Assembly (NCBI GenBank): GCA_903907985.1
Contig: CAIVQG010000057.1
Location: 78,614 to 142,613, forward strand
Reading direction: 5' to 3'
DNA from: an uncultured delta proteobacterium
Lineage (GTDB): Bacteria; Desulfobacterota; Syntrophia; Syntrophales; Smithellaceae
Length of the DNA stretch: 64,000 nt
Position numbers and translations under genes: made by a program. The notes below the pieces were generated by a model. That model had not been told where the DNA came from, did no database searches, and worked only from the letters and a program-made list of their open reading frames with translations. Of this stretch, positions 20,533-31,500 are shown one piece after another. How positions within the stretch are numbered: the stretch's first letter is position 1; every line of letters starts with the position of its first letter.

Positions 20533-21393
20533 ATGTCAGATACTATAAGGAAAAAAACTCCAATATTGACGGGGGCAATTGATTCACCATTTGAAAAAAT
20601 AAAGCAACTTGATAATGAGGGTGCAGAATTTTGGTCGGCTAGAGATTTAGCTAATATACTTGATTATAAAGATTACAGGAATTTCTCCAATGTTGTTGAT
20701 GCTGCAATTACTGCATGTTCAGAAGCAAGGGCAAGTGTTGATGACCATTTCGTTGAAGTCACCGAAATGGTCAATATTGGTTCAGGTGCAACTAGAAAGT
20801 TAACATCTATTTTGTTGTCCCGTTATGCCTGCTACCTTATAATTCAAAATGCTGACCCCTCAAAAGAAATTGTTGCCTTAGGTCAAACATATTTTGCAAT
20901 ACAAACTCGTAAGCAGGAAGTCGCGACGCTTGCACTGGAAGAAGAAAGACGCTTATTTCTAAGGGAAGAATTATGTGAACACAATAAGCAACTTGCTGGC
21001 GCAGCAAAAGAGGCGGGCGTAATAGAACCTATTGATTATGCTATTTTTCAGGATCATGGATATAAGGGTCTTTATGGAGGATTATCTAGCAAGGATATAC
21101 ATCGCTATAAAGGGCTTAAAAAAAGTCAAAAGATTCTTGATCACATGGGTTCTACCGAACTTGCTGCAAATTTATTCCGGGCGACACAAACTGAGGATAA
21201 ATTAAAAAGACAAAAAATAAGGGATAAGTCGACTGCAAATCAAACACATTATGAAGTGGGGGCTAAGGTAAGAGAAACGATAAAGGAGATAGGCGGAACA
21301 ATGCCAGAAAAGCTACCTACACATGATAGTATTAAGAAAATCGAAAGAAAGAAACAAAAACTGTTAGCACATGATGAAGATTCCGAAGAGTGA
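20533..21393 (+). CDS. dinD: DinD-like (DNA-damage-inducible protein D family) protein
   Basis: 286 aa. The N-terminal half matches my recollection of the DinD pattern (FEKIKQLDNEGAEFWSARDLANILDY...DDHFVEV...IGSGATR...LSRYACYLIIQNADPSKEIVALGQTYFAIQTRKQE). Confidence 0.7.
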   Translation: MSDTIRKKTPILTGAIDSPFEKIKQLDNEGAEFWSARDLANILDYKDYRNFSNVVDAAITACSEARASVDDHFVEVTEMVNIGSGATRKLTSILLSRYACYLIIQNADPSKEIVALGQTYFAIQTRKQEVATLALEEERRLFLREELCEHNKQLAGAAKEAGVIEPIDYAIFQDHGYKGLYGGLSSKDIHRYKGLKKSQKILDHMGSTELAANLFRATQTEDKLKRQKIRDKSTANQTHYEVGAKVRETIKEIGGTMPEKLPTHDSIKKIERKKQKLLAHDEDSEE

Positions 21394-21502
21394 TAATAAA
21401 TCAGTGTTTTGCTATGAAATTCTCTAGAAAGGAGAGTAATTATGAGATCGCCAAAAATTAGAGCGCTACAGTGGGCGGGCGCTGTGACAGAAATGCAAAA
21501 AT

Positions 21503-21546
21503 AAAAGGAAGTGGATTAACCTTGGCCGGTATCACTTCCTTTTATT
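21503..21546 (+). terminator. Rho-independent terminator
   Basis: AAGGAAGTG-N19-CACTTCCTT followed by TTATT. Confidence 0.55.
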
Positions 21547-21579
21547 CCCATACGTTGCTCTTAGTAGAGAGGATTATGT

Positions 21580-21654
21580 GCCCCCGTAACTCAATGGATG
21601 AGTATGTGCCCGCTAAGCGTTAGTACCCGGGTTCGACTCCCGGCTTGGGTGCCC
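21580..21654 (+). pseudogene. Degenerate tRNA-like sequence
   Basis: The D-arm (ACTC-AATGGAT-GAGT) and T-arm (CCGGG-TTCGACT-CCCGG) are canonical. The acceptor stem has 2 mismatches, and the anticodon stem has only two Watson-Crick pairs (two G-U wobbles and a T-T mismatch besides) and C at position 33. Confidence 0.35.
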
Positions 21655-21764
21655 CTCTATGTTTTTTATACTAACGGGTAGTGTGTCAGTTTGTCAAGTT
21701 ATTTTCTAAAATGTAAAAATATTACTTGACATACTGATTTAACATTGAAGGAGATAAATAATTT

Positions 21765-22112
21765 ATGAACAAATGCATATGGCCGCTCGGAAGCGGCCAA
21801 ACTATTGAGTTTAACATTTACGATCCCAAAACAACCACATGGAACTCGTCCGCAGGGTTGTATATTTTCGCTTATTATAATGGCCAACATTGGCAAGCAT
21901 TATACATTGGGCAAACAGACGATTTTAGCGTTCGTCTTCCGTCTCATGAGCGGCTTGACGAGGCTGTCCGATGTGGTGCAACCCATATTCATGCGGCGGT
22001 AGTTCCGCTGGCGGCCAACCGGGATACATTGGAAAAACGTTTGATCGCGCACATTCAACCATCGATGAATGATCAGTACAAAGGGATGCGATACAAACAG
22101 ATGAGCGTTTAA
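21765..22112 (+). CDS. Small GIY-YIG-like domain protein
   Basis: 115 aa with GLYIF...ALYIGQTDDFSVRLPSHE, which resembles a GIY-YIG core although the spacing is longer than typical. It has its own TTGACA promoter-like box and a downstream terminator. Confidence 0.45.
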   Translation: MNKCIWPLGSGQTIEFNIYDPKTTTWNSSAGLYIFAYYNGQHWQALYIGQTDDFSVRLPSHERLDEAVRCGATHIHAAVVPLAANRDTLEKRLIAHIQPSMNDQYKGMRYKQMSV

Positions 22113-22148
22113 TCTTACGCATATTCTAAACCCTTTAACACGGAAGTA

Positions 22149-22186
22149 AGAAGTGGTGTACCTAACAAGTGCATCACTTCTTTTTT
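22149..22186 (+). terminator. Rho-independent terminator
   Basis: AAGAAGTG-N18-CACTTCTT followed by TTTT. Confidence 0.55.
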
Positions 22187-22427
22187 ATATCACAATTTAT
22201 GGTTGCATAATACAACTATACTCGACTAATACCAAGTGGTATTTTAGGAAATATTAAAAATACTTTGTTCAACTTGAACAATAATACTTAATATGCTTGA
22301 GCGGATCATGTATATTAGTCCTCAAGAATGAACTTGAGGTGATGAAGATGAACAAACTAAGCACAGAAAAAAGAACACAGACTCTAAGCTGTCTTGTAGA
22401 AGGTAATTCTCTTCGTCCCACAGCAAT

Positions 22428-22511
22428 TTATTTCTTTTCCTTGATGATGAATATCTTTAGGAACGCCAAAATCAAGATGATGGTACCTAGGGCTTCAATT
22501 ATTTCAAACAT
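22428..22511 (-). CDS. 27-aa hydrophobic peptide, translationally coupled to the giant gene
   Basis: The ATG lies 1 nt after the giant gene's TGA, so GGGAGGGTGA serves as both stop and RBS. The product is MFEIIEALGTIILILAFLKIFIIKEKK. Confidence 0.35.
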   Translation of the reverse strand: MFEIIEALGTIILILAFLKIFIIKEKK

Positions 22512-22512
22512 T

Positions 22513-25500
22513 TCACCCTCCCATCACTTCCCTGTATTTCAACAGCGCATCTTGCCTGTTCTCTGGCGGCATATTGCTTATCAAATGCATCTTTTGTCTC
22601 AGTAACGGAGCCAGTGTTTTCTTCTCGTCAGGCGTGGCGACCGAATAGACCCGCATTGCCTCCGGGAAAGATAACGACTGAAAGGCGTGAACCATGTATG
22701 GGATCCTCACCGCCTTCTGGATAGATATTACGTCGTTTCTTGATAACTTGCCAGCTTTAAAATATTCCTGGACATCGGTATTGGCCGTATTGTCATGGTT
22801 GCGTAACCGTGTTTCCAACTTTTGTTTTAATTGATTAGTATCAGCTTTTTCTTTTGTCATAGACCCTTTAGGCCGATCCTGCAAAATTTCAGACATAAGT
22901 TTCTGCGCCTTGGTTTTGGTAAATTCTGCCGTGGCCGGCATAATGCCGATCAGGGGCGATAACATACTGGCGGCACTGTCGCCTCTATCACTGGCCTTTT
23001 GTGCCCCGCGCATCCAGAAGGGGACAAATGCCTTTGCAGCATAAACCCCGGCCTGTGCGGTCTGTACCGCCGGGTTTGATTCCTTGTCTCTAATTTGGGT
23101 ACCATAGTAATCTTTATTCTTTGCGATATCCGCCATTAAAGAAATCATCGGATGTGTTTTGTTAAGTAGCGTTGTGCCCGGTTTATTGATATAGGCATAA
23201 ATATCCTTCGCATAGGTCGGGAGCATCATTCGTTCGGGATTCCCGTGTTCGTCTATTTTACCGGTCCGGAAGGCCAGCAGGTCTTTGCCGTCCTTCGGAT
23301 CTTCTCCAGTTAGCAGTTTGGTCATCACGCCGTTAATCAAACCTGTTATCGTTAAGAGCGATATTGTGTAAGCCATTTTGTCGGTCATTACAGGTTTCTT
23401 GCCGTGCGCCATATCGCGGAAGACATTGGCGAAATCATTGACTCCGCCGCCGACTTCCACTATAGTTCCACCTGTCCACCCCGGAGCCCGGAGTAGTGCC
23501 TGAACTACATTTTTGGCGACGTTATTTGTGAACAATCGTTCATAAACAACCTGCCCAAGTCTGGAATCAACCCGGTTCCAAATATACTGCATTGCTGTCC
23601 GAGTATCTTCATGGGTCGCACCCGGATTCTGCTTATTCCACTCTGTTGCCAGTTCTGCAAAAACACCGAATTTCTGACGCGGGACAAGCCATTCAAGAAT
23701 CGGTCGGGCCATTTGCTCAACGAGGGCAAAAGGACTCCGGGCGATCGCCGCCACTTTGCTGCCTTCTGACCAGTTCTTGATCATTTTATCTGTCGTAGTT
23801 GTCCTAAATCTGTTATCCATGTGCGCTCTGGCGCCGGCCATTTCCAGCCATTTAACAATCTGCGGTATTTCTTTACCGGATACAGACTCGCCCTGATATG
23901 CACGGATGAGTTTATCGCCCAGCATCGGGTTTTTGTAAACCTGTAACGGTGATTCAGCCATTAGTTTAACGGCATCTGCTACATCGCCTCTGGCCATCGC
24001 CTTTACGCCCAGGGCGAACTTAGATATGACGGCCTCCATCGAAGTAAAGCCAGCATGGAAGGCACTGCCTACGCCTAGCTGGAACTGATTTAAGGTATTT
24101 GCCGCATTCATATATCCGGCATAAGCAGACCCGACATATTTGTTTTCGTAGAGTGACCGGGAAAGGTAATTATTGATCACCTGGGCCACATCATCTTTGA
24201 CGGCATATCTGAAGGTTTCCATTTCAGGCTTGCCCTGTAATTCATTTGAAAGGTTTGTCTGTTGGCCGGCGAGATTAACCTTTGCTCGTTTTGTGACGAT
24301 CCCGTATGGTTCGGGAATAAGAGTATAGCCTGACGGGGCGGGTTCACTTGCCTTGATCAATACCGCCGTTTTGTCGGCTTCCATTTCCTGCATTACTCTA
24401 TGGGTTGTCACATACTTCTGAACCTCGTGCATTTTGGCGAAAGCCATATCAAGAGGTGTTCCTTTTGGCTTCAAGCCTGCGGCAATACCTTCCTGAATAT
24501 CATCATATACCTTGTTTTTAGTGAAGGCTTTTGACCCTTCCATGTTCTTCGCCCGGTCGTTGAAAAACCTCTCTGCCGCCCCTTCGTCTTCCCACATTCC
24601 GGGGAAGTAACCCTTACGATATCCCACGGCCCCAGGCGTTACGGATTCGGCGTCTTTATAAAGATCGTCAAACATTTTACTTACTGTGTCCGCTATTCCT
24701 TGCAACTCCGGCGTCTCTTGTCTTTTGCCGTTCTGTATCCGGGCGATGAAATCATACTGTTTTTCTTTGGGCATTTTATTGAAAGTGGCATCGGCCAAAA
24801 CACCGGTAGATGTTTGCATCATGTCCAGGGCTTTAGCCGCGACGGAAGTTGATTCACTGTAATGTTTGGAAACTTCGTTCAGTTTCCCTTTTAGAAGTGC
24901 CTCTTGGTGGAAGTTCTTGCCCATTTGAGAAATGATTGTCTCGGCTGCCTTGTTTGCGTTTTCCGTCCGGGCGGCGGGATAAAAAGCACGTTTCAAACCG
25001 TCATAGGCCAATTCAAGCCCTTCCTTGGCGTTTTTAATCGTTGCTACTTTGTCAGTAGTCTTATCCAGTTTGTCTTTGTATTCGTCAATCGTTTTGCTAA
25101 CGGAATAAAATGAAGTCCCTCTTTCCACAGGCATCATTCCCCGGTTTTCCATTGAACCACGGGAATCAATAATGTCTAAAAGATTAATTTCACCGCTCGT
25201 TGCGTTGATGAACATTTTTATATTATGCGCCTCGGAAGGTTCGATTTCCCTCGCAGGAGAATATACGATCATTCTCCGCGCATTGCGCTTTTCTAATTCT
25301 TGGAGCAACTCTTTTTGAGATTCACCCCTTATTTTACGATAATCTGAAAGATCGATCTTCCCCGCGATGGCATTATTCCCATCGAGAAGTAGGGTTCCGC
25401 CTCCGGGAATGTGCCTTTGTGCCGATTCCAATGCTTGATCTGGTCCACTTATCTTTTCGCCGTTGTGGATACTTTCAAATACCCGTCCAATAAGGGGGAT

Positions 25501-28500
25501 TTTAATTTTTCCCTCACCAGTGCCGATGACCTTAGTGTTTTCTCCTTCTTCGTAAGATGAATATTTTGTTGCCGTGACAATAATAGAATCCTGTACGTCC
25601 AGCCCGGAGCCTTCCGCCATATTTTTTAAATCCCGGTAGAAAACATTGTCTTCGTCTGAAAATTTCGTATATTGTGATGGGTGATTATGCGCCACGATAA
25701 TGGTAGTAGCACCGGGTGTGTTAAGCGCCTCGCCGATAATCGCAGAAGGAGACGCTTGCGATTGACCGCGAAGACCAACGGTATGCCGATAAATATGCAT
25801 GAGTTTTCCGTTCTTTCCAAGAACGAGAGATAATAAATGTTCGTCTGGATATTTACTAAGGTATTGTGATGCTACTTCAGCGGCTTCTTGCGCCGAGGTG
25901 ATTTTGCGGGTTGCCGCGCTGACGCTACCGACTTTTTCCCGGCCGACAACGGTTGGTTGGTACGGTATTCCGGCATTGGTTCCGGTATCAGTCCGTAAGG
26001 CTCCTCCCGTGGTATCTGATACTTGTGAGCCATAAACTGTTTCCCCCTTCATATTATTGTAAACACCCGTTCCCCGGTTGTCAACCTGATTGTTGATTTT
26101 TCCCGAAGATATATCCCTGGTTATTCCCTTTACCGTCCTGATCCCAAAGGCATTAACGATCTTGTCCACGAAGTCCTGTATCTTGGATGTGATTCTGCCC
26201 AGCAGTCCTTTCGGTTCCTTGGTCAGCGCATCGGCCAGGAAGTTCGCCCGATCTTCGGCGCCGCCGATGTCCTTCTCGTTCTTTGTTTCAAATTTACCAT
26301 CATTAACAAGGTTTCGGATATGGCGCTGCAATAGGCCCACTTCGTTTTCGTTCAGGATGCCCATGTCTTCCATAAAGTGAACCGATTCATGGTGCAGAGT
26401 CCACTTATCCCCTACGCCTTTGACCAGTTCGATTGCCCCGTCCTGATACTTCCCGGCGATCATTTCACCGTCTTTCAAAAATTCCCTACCATGCCCGATT
26501 TGCAAGACGGCGTGATCCGGGTCTATCCGATCAACAGACTTGACGATTAGATCATACCCGCCCTGGGTTTTGATGGCAATACTGCCATCTTCTAATTGGG
26601 TGACTTCCTGCCCTTTGAAAACAGATTTGACGTCATCGAGAGTTGGCAGGGGATCGGATGTAGCCTTCTCTACAGAATAGAGCGCCGTTCCCTTGTCGGT
26701 TTCTTTGGTCTTAATTTCTTCGATCAGGTTCCCGAAAGCCTTGTCGATTGTTTCTCTTTCCGTTCCCTTGGGCACGGTTTCATCATTTCTTCCGTGGGAA
26801 AGATAAGTGTTTTTGGCCGCTTTTGCTTCCAGTGTGTCACTGACATACGCATCAAAAGCACGGGCAAACTTTTCCACGTTCGTGTTCCAATACGGTTTAC
26901 CAGATTTATCCTTATCTAATTTCCCGGCTTCCTTTGCGTAATCGGTGGTTACTTCCCGCGATGTAGGAATATGCTTCTCCCCGTAATTTTCGGAATTAAG
27001 GTAGGCGTAATGGTCAACATTGGCCTGTAGGCCCTTGATGGAATCAAGCGGATAGATGCGCCCTTTAATTTTCTTGTAAAGATCGCGGATTTCAGCAACT
27101 ACGGGCGAAAAAGAATGAACTGGCCCGGCGCTGATTTTGCCGTCTCCAAGGTCAAGGTTTTTGATACGGTCAGCAAGTTTATCAAATTCAGTTTCATGCC
27201 CGGTGAAATCTCTGCGGATATTTTTCAGCCAGCCGTCAATATTATTTTGGGCTTTCTGTTTGCGATCCGCTATCTCTTTTGCCACTTCCTCGGGTGATAC
27301 ATCAATAGTCTTTTTGTTCATCGACTTAACAATGGAATTGAACAGTGCCGTTATCTCCGGACGGATACCTTCCTCAAACGCTTTAACTTTTTGCCCGTTG
27401 CGTTTCGTGTATCCATCTTCACCAATGCCATGTCCAACGTGTTCCGTTAGATAGGGTTCGCCCCTACCTTCGAGCCCGGCCTGTCTCGCAAAGTAGTGAT
27501 CTACTGCATGGCCGAACTCATGCGCCAAACTTCCCGCGCCGGATGTCCGTGTGAGATTTATCTCATTCACTCCGGGGACAAAGTGTGCGGCAAATTTACC
27601 CGTTCCCTGTGCTCCCACGGCAATGCCCAGCATCCCATTTAACGACATGGCTTCCGGTGTGACATTGAGGATTTCCGCTAGGTCCATAAAGGAATCATAG
27701 GCATGGTTCAAGTGTAATTGACGTTCTGCCTCATTGGTGTCGCCCTTCATCCAATTGCCAAAATTGACACCTTTAAATCCAAATGTTTCTCTTAATTTGT
27801 CGCTGGAAATATCTTCTCCCTCGAGTCGTCTTGCCGGTCCGGTTCTGTCTGCCGCTTCTACGGAAATGCCTTTTTCGTTAATAGTGGGTTTATTTTCTCT
27901 TTTGACTTTTTCCCTGGCTGCTTCTGCCGCTTCTTCCTTCGTATCGTATTGGCCGACGATTCTCTTATATTTATCCAGCAGTAATACCGGTTTCATCTTG
28001 TCAATAGTCTGTTGCGCTTCATCTTTAGTCAGGTACCCTTTGCCATGAGAACTGTAACTGTCTTTTATCCGGACAAAAAACAAATCCGTCTTGGTTCCGT
28101 CTTTCTCGTGCTGATATCCATTGGTAATTTCGGCGGCTTCTTTCCCATTTATAGAATATCCCTGCCGCTGCCAGGATTCTTGTTTTACCGGCCAACCCGC
28201 CTTGACTTCTGCCATCGCCTTTTTACCCTGTTGGTAACCGGGCTGTAACGCACTTAAAAGTTTATTTCCGCCCAGGAGCATAACCTCCGCTCTATAGTTT
28301 TTCCATCCTTCCGGGTAAACCATGTCCAGCAATGTTTTATTACTCTCTGCCATGTCCGTAATAGAAGTAGGACGCCCAAGGTTTGCGCCAGCGATTTTTG
28401 CTTGTTTCCCTGCCCATGCCGCAATAGCCTCTTTATTGTTTGTCCAAGATTTAACGCCGTCCATAACTCGATTTACGGCACTGATATAAAGTTTCATATC

Positions 28501-31500
28501 ATCATCGGTAGCGGTGTTTCTCGTCATTGGTTTTACGGGGATGGAATCATAAACCTGTTTGGCAATGTGGGCGATCAACGGGTCCGTGCCGTCATCAATC
28601 ATCTTCTGATAATCAGGTTTCGGATAGACGTTTTGCTTTGTCGCTTCTTTGATCTTTAACGCAGTATTCTTATCGGCAATGTCTTCCCATTTGATGCCGT
28701 TCTTAATGCGATTACGCTTGTTGTAGGTAAGTTCTTCGCCGGAATCTGCGGTAGTTGATGCCTTTTCTCCCGTATTGACAGATTCGTTTTCCAGTAACTC
28801 AGGATAATCTTTTAATGCTTCAGGCGGTACAGTTTTACCAGACTGTAACGCCATATTTACTTCTCGTTTATGCGTCTGTTTACGATGTTCTGTCCATTCG
28901 GGTCCGGTTGGTTTCCCCTCGTAAGTTTTTGACGAATATTCGTCCCGCGTCATTTCCCACGGTTCTTTTTTGGTTTCCGGTGCAGTCGGCCTCTCCTTAG
29001 TTGATTCAAGGTACTTGGCATAATTGTATTCGGTTTTGTTCATGTCGTAAAACGAACCATCTTCGGCAGTCATACGATAACTTATTTTCTTTGGTGGGTT
29101 AGCAATTATCTCCTCTAATTCTTTTAACCTTGCGGCCTTTATGTTCTGATTACCATTGTCAAATATCCGTGAGCGTTCCTGTTTCGCATCAGACACGGTT
29201 TTCTCGTCAATGGATTCTTTGACAACCGGGACCCGTCCTTCGGCGGACATCTTTTCAATCATTTCTCGGCTGGTAACTTTGCCATAATCAGCATGATTTC
29301 TTTTCGCAGATAATGCGCTAAGGACTTTGCCTTTTTGCAATGGATTTAGGTCGGCAATAAAACCCGTTACATGATTTGTCGAGTCTTTGGCTTCGGTGGT
29401 TTTATTAATTACATCGGCGTATGCCTTCCAATAAGATTTAACCTTGTCGGAAGATGAATTATCAATAAATTCTTTCTTTGATTTGTAATATTCAGTAGCC
29501 TTTTCAATGCCCTTGTCTGCAATTAATTCAGTCGCGCTTTTCGTTCCCATCCGGTATTGGTGTTTATCAAGAGTGGCGGGGGCTGCGGCCGCCGTTTCCG
29601 GCGGTCGTGTGACTGTTTCACCACCTGGGCGATCAGCTAAATTATTCTCAATCGGGTTCAATTTGTCGGCATCAATGGCGTATATCCCTTTGTCGTGTGA
29701 TATGGCAGGTGCTTTTGTTGTAGATTCCCATTTTAGTCCCAGCTTTTTAGCCAATGCGGAGACAGCCTCGTTCGTAGTACCGGCTTTTTCCGGATCAATC
29801 CCACCAAACAATGAGCGGAATTCACTTGAAGGGCCGTTTTTCTTGGCGTCGGCTATGGCTTCTTTTACAACTGCCTCATTGTCTGGAGTAATTCGTTCTT
29901 TTACTTTTTCATAAGAACCTTTACCAAACATTTCATTGATAAATTGTTCGCCTGGACCCCAACTGTCTTTATTGATTTTGCTTAAATCATAATTTTCTAG
30001 CCATTTCTGTGCTTCTGCCCGTGTTTTGAATTTCTTTGATTCTTGCGCCCATCCCTTATGCCGAATCCCCGCTTCCCAATAAGGCCCAGGATTGGCCGAT
30101 ATTTCCGGTGCATTAAGTTCAAATTCTATTCGGAGTTCTTTGTTTTCCCACCTAGCACTTCCGCTTTGCCAAAGATCAATTTCTAATCCGTTTAAGTTCC
30201 CCTTCCATAATTTCGCCGCGTCAGACACGGGTTCTTTCTTCGCCGCAAACAGGTCTTCATTCTTCGGCGTGACCTGCTCGGAAAGTGGTTTGCTTATTTC
30301 TGTTTCGGGATTTATAAGACTAAAGGTATCGCGCTCAGACGCACCGGGAATGTCGGTTTGCTTTGCCTTTACTTCTTCTGGCGTCAGTTTTGTTTCGGCG
30401 GGTTTTGGTTCTGCCGTAGATGCTATTTCCTCAAAAAACTTATCTGCTTCATCGGATATGAAGTCTAGTTCGTCTTCTGTGATGTCCTTCTCTGTTGCAA
30501 TTTCTTCAATAGCCGTTGTTTTAAGATCGTTTTCACTTTCTGAAATTGCTCCGGCGTCAATTCCCTCTTCTTCGAGGTTTCTGATTTGTTCTTCATACGC
30601 CATCCTTTCGAGTTCTGCGGCTGTCTGTCTGTAATCGCCGCTGGTTATTTCCCGGTCTGCTACACTTTTAATATGATCCCATATAACGGATTGCCGACGT
30701 GTCATCTGCTTGCCAGCCATCCCTTTATTAATTATGTACGCTATACCTTTGGCGGATATGCTTTCTTTTTGTCCGGTAGGCGAATTCTTACCACCAAACT
30801 GCTTCACCATATCAGAAAACCATCGGGGATAACCTGATTTCAGGTATATGTCTTCTCCCGTGGCTGAATCCGATCCTTTAAATCCTCCCGCTTCGCCGGT
30901 CATGAGGCGCGAGTGCATATCGCCCAGGGCATAGGTCTGAATGTCAGACAGTTTTGTTTCTTCTTCTGTCTCTGCCGCGTGGGCCGCTAACCTTGTGGCA
31001 AGATCCTGGCGCTCAAAAGGTGTGCCGCTAAACATATCCTTTGTACCGGTATTGTGCAAGGATAGACTTTTGCCTGTTTTATACTCAAATAATCTTCTGG
31101 CCTCTTTGTTCTGTGGATGGAGCAGGTCGTTATATTGCCCGGTATCAATCGCGTGGTTCACCCAGGCGGCTTGTCGCAGTGCTTCCTTTTGGGTATACTT
31201 GCCTTTATTATAAAGATACAACAACCGGGCGTCTTTCTTTAATCCCAGCCAGTTTCCTTCGGGGGCTGGTGCCGCGTTTACGGGCGGCACTGTAACTGTG
31301 TCAACACCTGGTTGAACAGCTGTGGTATTGTCCGCAATCCCTGTAACTGCCTGCGTTCCCGCTGCGGCTTGCGAGGATGGCGCAGGTTCAATGATCGGGG
31401 ACGGGGTTGATACATTGGCCGTCTCAATCGGCAAGGTTGCATCGGTTTGCAGGTCCTCGGCCGGTTTTATGGGTTCGGTCGCCCCTGTCAACTCGGCCAA

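Noticed and set aside
21442-21504. A 20-aa mini-ORF (MRSPKIRALQWAGAVTEMQK) with an AAAGGAGAG RBS after the DinD-like gene.
   Set aside because: It is too short and featureless to support. It runs into the terminator and may simply be terminator-proximal sequence.
21580-21654. The tRNA-like sequence as a UGA (or UAG) suppressor explaining the in-frame TGA at 42038.
   Set aside because: No fold gives a UCA or CUA anticodon in a proper 7-nt loop with U33. The best fold gives GCU with a defective stem.
22297-22605. A 102-aa ORF overlapping the 3' end of the giant gene.
   Set aside because: Only residues 18-43 (MNKLSTEKRTQTLSCLVEGNSLR...) look protein-like. The rest is antisense to the giant gene and the 27-aa ORF. 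I treat it as a truncated HTH-gene remnant.
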